Virus record (IMG/VR): IMGVR_UViG_3300032290_000667
Location: 1 to 48,518 of that record
Origin: a virus
Taxonomy: Duplodnaviria; Caudoviricetes
Direction: 5' to 3' (one strand)
DNA: 48,518 bases
Shown here: positions 16,626 through 25,575 of the stretch, in pieces
Numbering within the stretch: position 1 is the stretch's first letter
How the letters are laid out: every line of letters starts with the position of its first letter
Program-made: the position numbers and the translations under genes
Notes under the pieces: model-generated
The model's database searches: none
Seen by the model: only the letters and a program-made list of their open reading frames with translations
Told to the model about the DNA's origin: nothing

Positions 16626-17077
16626 AAGGGCTTTCTGATTCCGTTTGCCTCCCCTCCCCTACCCTACTGCCACAAGGCTTTCGCTTTGCTTTGGGCTTGT
16701 TTGTGTAAGGTATTCAAATGCAAGGCTTGAGTATGCATCGCATTTGCAAAACTGCAAAGGGGTGGGTGCTATCGTAACTTGTTGATTATCATGGGGTTAA
16801 AATGTAGGCGGATCATCTATGTCACCCCTCCAACACAGTTAAACCACCCCACCAGCACACTTAGATCTAGGTTATTGCATTCGGTACATACCCCTTTTGT
16901 GAATAACTTAGGTGCTAATAATCCAGCATAGGCTTTCCTTGCCACACGGTGGAGACAACTTTTTGCCAAATGGGCTGTTGATAACTTAAATGGGGTGGGT
17001 GGGTTATGTAAAACAGGGGGTGGGTGTAGTAAAAAGGGGTGTATGGTATACGTAACTGCTTGATTATCATGCGAAAT

Positions 17078-17124
17078 TTGCTATGTTTTGCTTCCGTTTG
17101 CTTTCATTTGCTCACGTTTGCTTC
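17078..17124 (+). repeat. second iteron-like array (5 x TTTGCT, 10-bp period)
   Basis: TTTGCT at 17078, 17088, 17098, 17108 and 17118, followed by an AT-rich tract and a promoter. Confidence 0.75.
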
Positions 17125-17185
17125 ACATAAATTATTTTTAGATAGTATAGTATATGTTGGATTTTTAATATATATTTGCTCCCAC

Positions 17186-17386
17186 ATGAAAACAACAGAA
17201 CAGATTATTGGTATGATGGATGAAATTAAGTTTGATCTACAGGAGATAGAGGGCTTGATTAAAAAGCATCTTGACAATCCAGGAAAGGCTGACATGGTTA
17301 GCAATGCTTACTTTGATGCACTGGTTGAGGCTAAGGTAGTTGCTGAAGAGAAACTACAACTTCTTAATTGGGTTATTGAGCTATGA
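17186..17386 (+). CDS. hypothetical protein (first gene of the rightward arm)
   Basis: ATG 7 nt after TATATTTG (17171-17178). Confidence 0.65.
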   Translation: MKTTEQIIGMMDEIKFDLQEIEGLIKKHLDNPGKADMVSNAYFDALVEAKVVAEEKLQLLNWVIEL

Positions 17387-17407
17387 CAACAAAACACACG
17401 GGGACAA

Positions 17408-17584
17408 ATGAGAGAAATCAGCTTTGAATATAAGGACGGGGAGTATACGGTTTTTTGCAGCCGATGCGGGAAGGTGATTCATAATCACAAAGAACTGTCT
17501 AAGTTTCAACTTAAGATGTTGAAAGAAAGCCCAGAATTATTGGTGCCAAGTTACTGTAAAAAATGCATATATGAATACAAATGA
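17408..17584 (+). CDS. small Zn-ribbon protein (not in ORF track)
   Basis: CSRC...CKKC in a 58 aa ORF. Confidence 0.6.
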   Translation: MREISFEYKDGEYTVFCSRCGKVIHNHKELSKFQLKMLKESPELLVPSYCKKCIYEYK

Positions 17585-17691
17585 TAGAATAGACTGGCTG
17601 ATAGAACAGCTGGAAGAAAATGGTTTTCTTTGCATAGAGGGTTATGAAGAAGACTTTCAAGAATTAGTAGAACAAGCCAAAAATATAAACA

Positions 17692-17961
17692 ATGAACATC
17701 AAGGATCTAATTGAAGAAAACTACGCTGGACACGTAGAGGGAGGGCCGCTATTTGCAGACGGCTTTGACGATGCCATCATAGGCATATGTCCAAACACAC
17801 TAAGGGTTATTTACTCAAGGACCAAATGCGCTCACATTTTAATGCAGGAAGAAAACATTGATATGATGGAAGCTCTTGACTATTTAGAGTACAACACATT
17901 TAATACGTACGTCGGGGAGTACACTCCTATCTTTATGGAGGACTTTGATTGGAATGAGTAA
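17692..17961 (+). CDS. conserved-looking phage hypothetical protein
   Basis: FADGFDDAIIG...YVGEYTPIF; paralog of 19280-19531. Confidence 0.7.
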   Translation: MNIKDLIEENYAGHVEGGPLFADGFDDAIIGICPNTLRVIYSRTKCAHILMQEENIDMMEALDYLEYNTFNTYVGEYTPIFMEDFDWNE

Positions 17962-18373
17962 AATTAAAAACGCATACTGGGCGGTCTATAGGTGGGTCAA
18001 GTGGGATCTGCCTTACATCCACTATGACCTATTCTATGGGGTCAAAAATTTGGCCAAATGGTTTAGGCTTATTTGGTCAGACAGAAACTATGATTACTCC
18101 TTTATGCTTGACATTCTTAAGTTCAAGCTGGAGGGAATGGCGAGTCTTCACAGGGAGCATGGAAACTTTCACAGGGAGAGCAGAATTAAAATATGCATCA
18201 AACTGATTGACAGGATTCAGAGTGACTTTTATTGGATGCCTCACTACGAGCAGATTAAAACCGACATCAGCATAGCGACTGATTTGGTAGATGCTTGCAG
18301 ATCTAAACACAATAAGGCGGTTAAATTGTTATTTAAAATTATGGAACAGGAAATGGAGACCTGGTGGATATGA
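17954..18373 (+). CDS. hypothetical protein
   Basis: Trp-rich ORF (NLAKWFRLIWSDRNYDY...METWWI). Confidence 0.7.
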   Translation: MSKIKNAYWAVYRWVKWDLPYIHYDLFYGVKNLAKWFRLIWSDRNYDYSFMLDILKFKLEGMASLHREHGNFHRESRIKICIKLIDRIQSDFYWMPHYEQIKTDISIATDLVDACRSKHNKAVKLLFKIMEQEMETWWI

Positions 18374-18582
18374 AAACAAGAACAACACCACTAGAGGATT
18401 TTATAGACGAGCTGGAGATCAGAGGGCTTAAGCTGCCACTTGACTTTGTCAACCACTACCTGCAAAGAGAAGAGGATGCCTTTATCGAGGCGTATGACGA
18501 GGGCAAAAAGGATGGCATTCTAAACGACGAGGATGTAAACTATTGGGGAGAACAATATTATATAGACACATATGGGGAATAA
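18370..18582 (+). CDS. hypothetical protein
   Basis: Ends EQYYIDTYGE; related to the next gene. Confidence 0.65.
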   Translation: MKTRTTPLEDFIDELEIRGLKLPLDFVNHYLQREEDAFIEAYDEGKKDGILNDEDVNYWGEQYYIDTYGE

Positions 18583-18787
18583 ACAACAAACGGCAGTGGA
18601 GTGGTTAATTGAGCAATTAGAACAACACCATGTTAAGATTGATATTAAAAACACAGTTGTATATCAACAAGCCAAAGCAATGGAGAAAAAGCAAATAATA
18701 AATGGATGGGACAATGGATTTTTAGATTATCAAATTTCAATGCACGAAGATGCAGAACAATACTACAGAGAAACTTATGGAGAGTAG
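18572..18787 (+). CDS. hypothetical protein
   Basis: QTAVEWL...AKAMEKKQI...EQYYRETYGE. Confidence 0.65.
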   Translation: MGNKQQTAVEWLIEQLEQHHVKIDIKNTVVYQQAKAMEKKQIINGWDNGFLDYQISMHEDAEQYYRETYGE

Positions 18788-18869
18788 CGTAGAGCAATTA
18801 GCGATGTTTGTGCTTGTTATAATTTTATGCTTTGCAATAATGTCTATAGAAAGAGATTAACTTTGCAGG

Positions 18870-19115
18870 ATGAAAACTACTATGCAAGAATATGTGGACT
18901 GGCTTAAGGCTCAGACCGCAGCAACAGACCTACACGACTGTCTTAAAAAAGCGCAGTCATTAATAGAAAAAGAAAAGAAGCAGATGATACAAATGGCTAA
19001 TCACTGTTTGGCGTCAAGCAGTATATGTACCTGCGGATGCAACAGAATAAACGTAGCCGTTTCACCAGAGAAATATTATGATAAAAAATACGATCAAAAA
19101 GAAAAGACCATATAA
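18870..19115 (+). CDS. hypothetical protein
   Basis: ATG 4 nt after TAACTTTG; distant member of the same small family. Confidence 0.6.
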   Translation: MKTTMQEYVDWLKAQTAATDLHDCLKKAQSLIEKEKKQMIQMANHCLASSSICTCGCNRINVAVSPEKYYDKKYDQKEKTI

Positions 19116-19254
19116 GAAGTACTTTAAACAACAAGACCTAGCAATGATATTTGGATACAGCAGCCCCAAAAGTTTTTCAGCTACCTCATCTAAGAGAAGA
19201 ATCTTAAAGGCTGTAGATGAGATTGTTAAACACATAGAAAAAAAATTACTATGA
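19078..19254 (+). CDS. small basic HTH-like protein (not in ORF track)
   Basis: KQQDLAMIFGYSSPKSFSATSSKRR. Confidence 0.5.
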   Translation: MIKNTIKKKRPYKKYFKQQDLAMIFGYSSPKSFSATSSKRRILKAVDEIVKHIEKKLL

Positions 19255-19279
19255 AAAATTTTTTGTATATTTGCATCGG

Positions 19280-19531
19280 ATGAAGTTAGTTGACAAAATA
19301 ATGACTGATTACGCAGGAGAGGAGTTAGTGTTTGCTAACGGATTTGACAGGGCGGTTTTGGGAATAGAGATGGACTCGTTAAGGATTATATACTCAGTTA
19401 AAAAGTGTATACATATATTAATGAGATCTGGTGACATGGATCACCACGAGGCGTTAGATTTTTTTGACTCAAAGATTGCCAACGTAGACTTAGGACCAAA
19501 GACACCAATATGGTGCGACGATTTAGTATAG
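19280..19531 (+). CDS. hypothetical protein, paralog of 17692-17961
   Basis: FANGFDRAVLG...LRIIYS..KC..ILM...LGPKTPIW. Confidence 0.7.
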   Translation: MKLVDKIMTDYAGEELVFANGFDRAVLGIEMDSLRIIYSVKKCIHILMRSGDMDHHEALDFFDSKIANVDLGPKTPIWCDDLV

Positions 19532-19532
19532 T

Positions 19533-19727
19533 ATGTTAGAATTTTCAAGACCAATACCAGTAATAGTAGAAGGAGGCAAGGATGGGTATGCCATATACGT
19601 ATCTGACTCTGGTCCATTTGAAAATGATATATGGTGCGTGGTTTTATGTGAGGGCGGAATAGTGAGACACTACGCTACAGACCAAATTAAAATTCACAAA
19701 AACAGTACATTAACAATAGAAAAATGA
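19533..19727 (+). CDS. hypothetical protein
   Basis: 64 aa ORF. Confidence 0.65.
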   Translation: MLEFSRPIPVIVEGGKDGYAIYVSDSGPFENDIWCVVLCEGGIVRHYATDQIKIHKNSTLTIEK

Positions 19728-20113
19728 AAGGCAAATTAAGAAAACAGGAGTACGGATGGGCTATTGAGTATATGGCCTATGACGAAATCTATGGCTCTAG
19801 CCAAGAAATCTATCCTATCACAAAAGATCAGTCAGAGAGAATCTACGACGAGCTTGTTGACTTGGATAAGTTTTATGACTTTGAAGTAAATAGCGCTGAG
19901 GGTGCTATTCTTAAAGATTTTCACTTGGTGCCAAACCAATGGAAAATTAGCGTAACATTCAGCATACCTACACTTGGAGTAGCGGTGCCAGTGAAAGTGT
20001 CAGCAGACATGACAGACATTGATCCGTACAAAATCCCACAGGTTATAGGCGAGCTAATGGAAAGGTACAAGGAGAAAAACCAAGAGCCAATAAACAGGTA
20101 TGTCAAGTTATAA
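19724..20113 (+). CDS. hypothetical protein
   Basis: 129 aa ORF. Confidence 0.65.
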   Translation: MKGKLRKQEYGWAIEYMAYDEIYGSSQEIYPITKDQSERIYDELVDLDKFYDFEVNSAEGAILKDFHLVPNQWKISVTFSIPTLGVAVPVKVSADMTDIDPYKIPQVIGELMERYKEKNQEPINRYVKL

Positions 20114-20339
20114 TACATTGGTAAATCCTTCATACCAAACCTTTGCTATGAAAAAGAAAAACATCGTGGCAGAGGTACACGTTTCAGATAAATTGGTTAA
20201 GTTTGTATTTAATCAATATAGGGATAAGGACACCTACACTGAGTATTATTTTGACGGCAAATTAATAGCCAAAGTACCTAATAATCAGATAGTTGTGTTC
20301 TCAGACTACCAAGATGAGACCCAGACGCATAAAGGATAG
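20100..20339 (+). CDS. hypothetical protein
   Basis: 79 aa ORF; start may be the ATG at 20148. Confidence 0.55.
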   Translation: MSSYNTLVNPSYQTFAMKKKNIVAEVHVSDKLVKFVFNQYRDKDTYTEYYFDGKLIAKVPNNQIVVFSDYQDETQTHKG

Positions 20340-20471
20340 AGACATTGAGCAAAAGGAAGGTAGCGGCTTCGAGTATAGAGGGTACCCAAAAAAGAAACGA
20401 AAGACCAAAAAGAAGAAAGACAACCCACCACCAGATGGGCCAAATGGATTTATAAGTTTTTACATTATTAC

Positions 20472-20789
20472 ATGAAAACAATATACGGTGTCATAGAGCC
20501 TCCATATTATAAGGTGTTGTTCTATGCTCAAAACAGAGAAACCAAACGTAAGTTTGCAAAGGAGACGGAGATCATGATATCTACGTTCTTACCTATTGAG
20601 ATGGAGTTCCTAGGATTGTTGTTCGACGAGAACGGCTTATCTTACATGGAGCTATTTACAGCATTCAACACCATCTACAAAGATGAGTGTGATCGATTGA
20701 AAAAGGAACACAAGTTCGAGTACTTAAAATTAAAGCCAGACTATTTTTACAAAGAATACTACCCACATGAGAGTAAAGCCATTAAATAA
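20472..20789 (+). CDS. hypothetical protein
   Basis: 105 aa ORF. Confidence 0.65.
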   Translation: MKTIYGVIEPPYYKVLFYAQNRETKRKFAKETEIMISTFLPIEMEFLGLLFDENGLSYMELFTAFNTIYKDECDRLKKEHKFEYLKLKPDYFYKEYYPHESKAIK

Positions 20790-21588
20790 TTTTGTTCTGC
20801 TAAAGGTAAAAGCGGACAATTCAAAGATCAAATTACAAGGAGGACAGATTTTACAATTAGACACTAGCTATGCTGTTGAAAGACACAGTAATGTTGTGTG
20901 CGAGGTTGTTAGCGTTCCAGACAGACTAATCTTCGGTTATTCAACAGACATAGGAGACAGAACAGGCAAGCCATTGCCTAAGCCTCACACTATGGACTGG
21001 AAGTGCGACATGGAGTTAAGGCCTGGCGACGAGGTTATCATTCACTACATGGCCTACGTTAATGCGTTTGGCGATGACAAACGTGCGTTTATCCTAGATG
21101 ACCAAGAATACTTCTTCTGTCCGTACAGTATGATCTATCTTGCAAAGCGCAGATGGACCAAGACTGAAGAGGATGTGTTTTGGAAGGTAAACACAACAGC
21201 CCCAACTAAAGAACAAAAGGAACAGTTGTCTATTGTTATAGATGGCGAAAAGATATACAATGTAATTATGTTGAATGGTTACGTACTGTGCCAGCCAATT
21301 GAAAAAGCATTGACATCTAAGTATCTTGAGCTTCCTGATCACCTAACCAAAACAAACAAGAAAAAGATTAAGGTTTGCTACGTGGGTAAACCTAACCAAG
21401 AATACTTAAACGGTGTATACTATGATATACAAGTAAGCCCTGGTGATGTTATTTATGTGGACAAGTCTATTGACGTTCCACTAGAAGCAGACGATCACAA
21501 ATCATTTAACGGTGACGAGCCATATTGGAGACTTCAATCTTGCTTGATATATGCAGTCGAATCTAAAGAAGATGTACAGGTTCAATAG
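20767..21588 (+). CDS. tandem GroES-like co-chaperonin
   Basis: MRVKPLNNFVLLKV...LRPGDEVIIHY and a second repeat MLNGYVLCQPI...VCYVGKP...VSPGDVIY. Confidence 0.7.
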   Translation: MRVKPLNNFVLLKVKADNSKIKLQGGQILQLDTSYAVERHSNVVCEVVSVPDRLIFGYSTDIGDRTGKPLPKPHTMDWKCDMELRPGDEVIIHYMAYVNAFGDDKRAFILDDQEYFFCPYSMIYLAKRRWTKTEEDVFWKVNTTAPTKEQKEQLSIVIDGEKIYNVIMLNGYVLCQPIEKALTSKYLELPDHLTKTNKKKIKVCYVGKPNQEYLNGVYYDIQVSPGDVIYVDKSIDVPLEADDHKSFNGDEPYWRLQSCLIYAVESKEDVQVQ

Positions 21589-21756
21589 AAATCTTGTATG
21601 GTATTCTAGACATTTGGGATTTAAATGTGTAAAACAGTTTAAGTCACACCCAAGATTCAGAGACTTTGTAAGCCTTTATTGGGATTTTACGATGAATGAC
21701 TGTGGGTATGACTTAAGCATTCCAATTAGAAACATGGAAATAGAGCTAAGACAAAG

Positions 21757-22182
21757 ATGAACCACAACGAGTACAAACTACAGGTAGCCGTATGTAAGTT
21801 TTTGGAGATGCAATATCCAGAGGCTATATTTTATTCTGACTCAATATCTAATATTAATCTAACCGTTCCACAGCGTGTTAGAAATAAAGCGATCCAAAAG
21901 AAAAACTTTTCATGTCCTGACTTATTAATATTAGAACCTAGAAATGGTTTCCATGGTTTAGCACTAGAGCTCAAGAAAGAGTCTCCATACAAACTAAACG
22001 GTGAGCTTAAGAAGCAAGTGGTCAAGGTTACCAATAAGGAGAAAAAGGTTATTGAGATTTACGACCATCTTCAAGAGCAGGAACGTGCCTTGAGAACATT
22101 AAAGTCAAAAGGGTATCAAGCCCACTTCTGTTGGAGTTTAGATATGGCTGTAAAGCTTATCAACGACTACATGAGAGAATGA
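21757..22182 (+). CDS. VRR-NUC (PD-D/ExK) nuclease
   Basis: EYKLQ...CPDLLILEPRNGFHGLALELK...EQ...LKSKGY. Confidence 0.85.
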   Translation: MNHNEYKLQVAVCKFLEMQYPEAIFYSDSISNINLTVPQRVRNKAIQKKNFSCPDLLILEPRNGFHGLALELKKESPYKLNGELKKQVVKVTNKEKKVIEIYDHLQEQERALRTLKSKGYQAHFCWSLDMAVKLINDYMRE

Positions 22183-22745
22183 TCTACACTGACTTCAAAA
22201 TATTTTTTAGCGACGACCCATCAGACAACTATAAAGAGTTGCATGAATTGGCGCAGTCTGTTGGAATTGATAGGGGGTACCACTGTAACTCTGGCGGTAG
22301 ACTATATTATATGGTCAGGCGAAAAAGGCGAGTGATCAAGGAGCTTCTATTAAGAAGGGCCATGGTAGTCAGTAAGCAAACCGTCAAGTATTATTTATTG
22401 AGCGGTTATTTAAATGTAACCATACAGACAAACTTTGAAAGGTATAAGAATGATGACTTCTTCGAGAAGCTGTTTAAAGAGATTTTAGACCTTTACGATT
22501 TACCCTACACAAGATTTAGCATACAGGTTAAGGTATACAACAATCAAATAGTTGCGTATAACTACGCAAATGATACAACCATAAAGTTTACAGCCAGACC
22601 GTCTAACCCAGAGGGTAAAATAACAATTAAACGTGAATATACGATAGAGGAAATAGACGTGCCTGCGTTTGCTAAGAAAAGATTGTTGGATAACGCCAAA
22701 CCATTGTCGCTGTTGGTCGCCAGAAATAAAACTAACATAAAATGA
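22179..22745 (+). CDS. hypothetical protein
   Basis: MIYTD start with ATGA overlap. Confidence 0.6.
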   Translation: MIYTDFKIFFSDDPSDNYKELHELAQSVGIDRGYHCNSGGRLYYMVRRKRRVIKELLLRRAMVVSKQTVKYYLLSGYLNVTIQTNFERYKNDDFFEKLFKEILDLYDLPYTRFSIQVKVYNNQIVAYNYANDTTIKFTARPSNPEGKITIKREYTIEEIDVPAFAKKRLLDNAKPLSLLVARNKTNIK

Positions 22746-22769
22746 ATTTAAATAGTTAAATTTGCAATA

Positions 22770-23396
22770 ATGGAATTTACACCAGACGATTTTAAACGGA
22801 TGATGTTTAACGTTTTTGAGGCTGACATGAGCAAAAGCTTTTTGGTCCAGTTTCCAGAACTTAAACTATACTCAGAATTTGAGAAAAAGCTAGCACCTCC
22901 ATTAGACACCAATAAGGTTATAAGGTATATAGCGTATGTTTACGATAAAAACTCACCGTATCGCGTTAAGTATAAAGACATAACCCAAAGAAAGGTTAGG
23001 GCTATTATTGACGCAGGCTACGAGCTGGAGGGTAAGACATTTAACAAGGAGGTTGAAGATGTTTTGCAGGGTCGTAACCACAAAGTGACCGACATGATTG
23101 TAGCATTTATAAAGCTGCACTGTAATGTGGGCTATGCTCACGTAGTTTTACTAGAGGCAATGTACTACCAAATTATGAAGGAGGTATTGCTTGGCCAATC
23201 AGCTAAAATTACAGACCTGCAAAAAACAAAAGAGGCTTACGAGGAGGCAATGAATGACGTGTTACAGCACGATCAAGATAAAGGGCTTATGAAGTCTTTG
23301 TACAAATCAATTAACAACGACAAGCTAAGACTAAGCCCAGAAGATATAGCAAACGAGCTAAAAGAAAAAGGCAAAATAAATCTTTCTGATGAGTAA
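22770..23396 (+). CDS. terminase-adjacent protein (small subunit candidate)
   Basis: Directly upstream of and overlapping the large terminase; own TAAATTTG promoter. Confidence 0.5.
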   Translation: MEFTPDDFKRMMFNVFEADMSKSFLVQFPELKLYSEFEKKLAPPLDTNKVIRYIAYVYDKNSPYRVKYKDITQRKVRAIIDAGYELEGKTFNKEVEDVLQGRNHKVTDMIVAFIKLHCNVGYAHVVLLEAMYYQIMKEVLLGQSAKITDLQKTKEAYEEAMNDVLQHDQDKGLMKSLYKSINNDKLRLSPEDIANELKEKGKINLSDE

Positions 23397-25575
23397 GGAG
23401 CTAGAGATTTACAAGAAGTATAAAAAGTTTGGTATTAAGCCAAAGGTGCTTGAGGGCTACAAAAAGTCCGAGAAGTTTATATTGTTTAATGAGGAGGATC
23501 CTGACCTGGACACTATAACCGTTCAAATGCCAGAGGAGCCAGACTGGAATCTTATAGCAGGATTTGGTAAAAAAGCTGAGGATCAACGATTTGAGCGCAC
23601 ACAAATACCTGTAAAATTATTTGAGCTACAGAACGCTCAGGACGAAGATGGTTTTTTCTTGACTCAAGATGAAATTTGGGCCAAGATAGAGGAGCAACCC
23701 GAATACTACAAAAACGAAATACAGTTTATAAAGCAAGAATGGCTTAGGCGTGTCTATGGTCATTGGTTTTTTAACAACGGTGTGCCTACATATATAGATG
23801 GGTGGCACTATATGTATTTAAACTACTACGAACTTGACATTGGGCTACCAGAATATCGTGATAGAGATAGGCGTTTTTTCCATTTTGCTAGATTTTGCTA
23901 CAATGATCCTAAGTGTTATGGGTTTATTTACCCTAAACATCGACGTGAGGGTGCAACTTACAAGACTAGCTGTATACATTACTGTATTATAAGCCTATTA
24001 ATTAAGGCAAGGGGTGGTATTCAGTCAATGACGGACGACTCTGGTCGAGACGTGTTCCAAAAACACATTGTTGATCCATGGAGATCAATGCCATTCTTCT
24101 TCAAACCTAACCACAACGGCGGCGATGACCCAAAGGCTATCCTAGCATTTAGAGCAAGCTCATCCAGGGGTAAGGCTGGTGTGAAATACAAGTCAGGCAA
24201 GTCGCTAGGTAGCGAGATTAGTTTCCGTGCAAGTGTAGAAACAGCATATGACGGAACAAAGCTATACTTCTACCATCATGAAGAGGTTGGTAAAGCTGTA
24301 AATGTAGACATAAACAAAAGATGGGAGGTTGTGCAGTTAACATTGTCAACGGGTGCTGGTGGTAAAATCCACGGTTTCAGCATACACACGTCTACGGTGG
24401 GTGAAATGGAGCTTGGCGGTGGTGAGCAGTTTAGAGATTTGTGCGAAAACTCACAGTATGGAAAACGAAACGCCAACGGTCAGACTGCTACAGGATTATA
24501 TGTACTATTTATTCCAGCTTGGGATGGTCTAGAGGGTTATGTGGACAGCTATGGCATGAGTGTAATTGACACGCCAAACGAACAGCAAGCAAAAGAGATA
24601 GGAACATCTATAGGAGCCAGGGAGTTTATCTTAAACACAATAGAATACCTAAAGACTCTGCCTAAAAAAGATAAGTTACTCCAATTCCAACGAGAACACC
24701 CAACAACTTACAGAGGTTGTTTCAGGTCTAACTCAAAAGATCCGTTCTTTAACATAGCCAAGATAGAAGACAGGCTAGATGAGATTAGAAAAGACAAAAC
24801 AGCTGTAACTAGAGGTAACTTTGAGTGGATTGGTACACCTTATCAAACTGGGGTCAAGTTTATTCCACACGAAAACGGTAGGTTTGAGATGTCTTACCAA
24901 CTGTCGCCAGACAAAGCCAACAAAGTTATTTGGGATCAGTCACTTGAGTCGTTTGTAGCCAACAATATAATGTATTGCGCTGGAGCTGACCCGTTTAAAG
25001 CCAATACAACCAAAGGCAAAAAACGATCAAACGGTGCAGGCGCTGTATTCTGGGGTCATGACATTATGATTGACTCATACGAAAAGCCACTAGAAGAATG
25101 GGAGAGTTGTAGGTTTGTTTGCGTCTACTCATTTAGGCCAGACACCAAGGAAGAGTACGGAGACGACATGATTAAGATGTGCGTGTATTGGGGTTGTCCA
25201 ATGTTCCCAGAAACAAACGTACCTTTTGTAAGAGAACACTTTGAAAAAAATGGTTATAGCGGAATGTTGATACACAAGTTTTCAAATGGTAAATACGATA
25301 ATGCAGGTGGTGCCGATACAACCGAAAAGGTAAAGCAAAAAATATTTCAACTTTACCAAACGCACATTGAGAGACACGCTCACAAAGAAAAGCACGCTCA
25401 ACTATTGCAGGAAGTGCGTGATATCAAAGGCGTTGACGATATGACCAACTGGGACTTGTTTACAGCTGGGGGTTATGCCATGCTAGGCATAGACAACTAT
25501 CTGCCAGACGTACAAAAACAACAAAAACAAGATAACGAAATTAACTATACCTTTGTGGAAACCTTTTATTATTAA
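23389..25575 (+). CDS. terL: terminase large subunit
   Basis: KHRREGATY Walker A variant, YHHEEVGK Walker B, TST coupling motif, GADP nuclease motif, position before portal. Confidence 0.92.
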   Translation: MSKELEIYKKYKKFGIKPKVLEGYKKSEKFILFNEEDPDLDTITVQMPEEPDWNLIAGFGKKAEDQRFERTQIPVKLFELQNAQDEDGFFLTQDEIWAKIEEQPEYYKNEIQFIKQEWLRRVYGHWFFNNGVPTYIDGWHYMYLNYYELDIGLPEYRDRDRRFFHFARFCYNDPKCYGFIYPKHRREGATYKTSCIHYCIISLLIKARGGIQSMTDDSGRDVFQKHIVDPWRSMPFFFKPNHNGGDDPKAILAFRASSSRGKAGVKYKSGKSLGSEISFRASVETAYDGTKLYFYHHEEVGKAVNVDINKRWEVVQLTLSTGAGGKIHGFSIHTSTVGEMELGGGEQFRDLCENSQYGKRNANGQTATGLYVLFIPAWDGLEGYVDSYGMSVIDTPNEQQAKEIGTSIGAREFILNTIEYLKTLPKKDKLLQFQREHPTTYRGCFRSNSKDPFFNIAKIEDRLDEIRKDKTAVTRGNFEWIGTPYQTGVKFIPHENGRFEMSYQLSPDKANKVIWDQSLESFVANNIMYCAGADPFKANTTKGKKRSNGAGAVFWGHDIMIDSYEKPLEEWESCRFVCVYSFRPDTKEEYGDDMIKMCVYWGCPMFPETNVPFVREHFEKNGYSGMLIHKFSNGKYDNAGGADTTEKVKQKIFQLYQTHIERHAHKEKHAQLLQEVRDIKGVDDMTNWDLFTAGGYAMLGIDNYLPDVQKQQKQDNEINYTFVETFYY

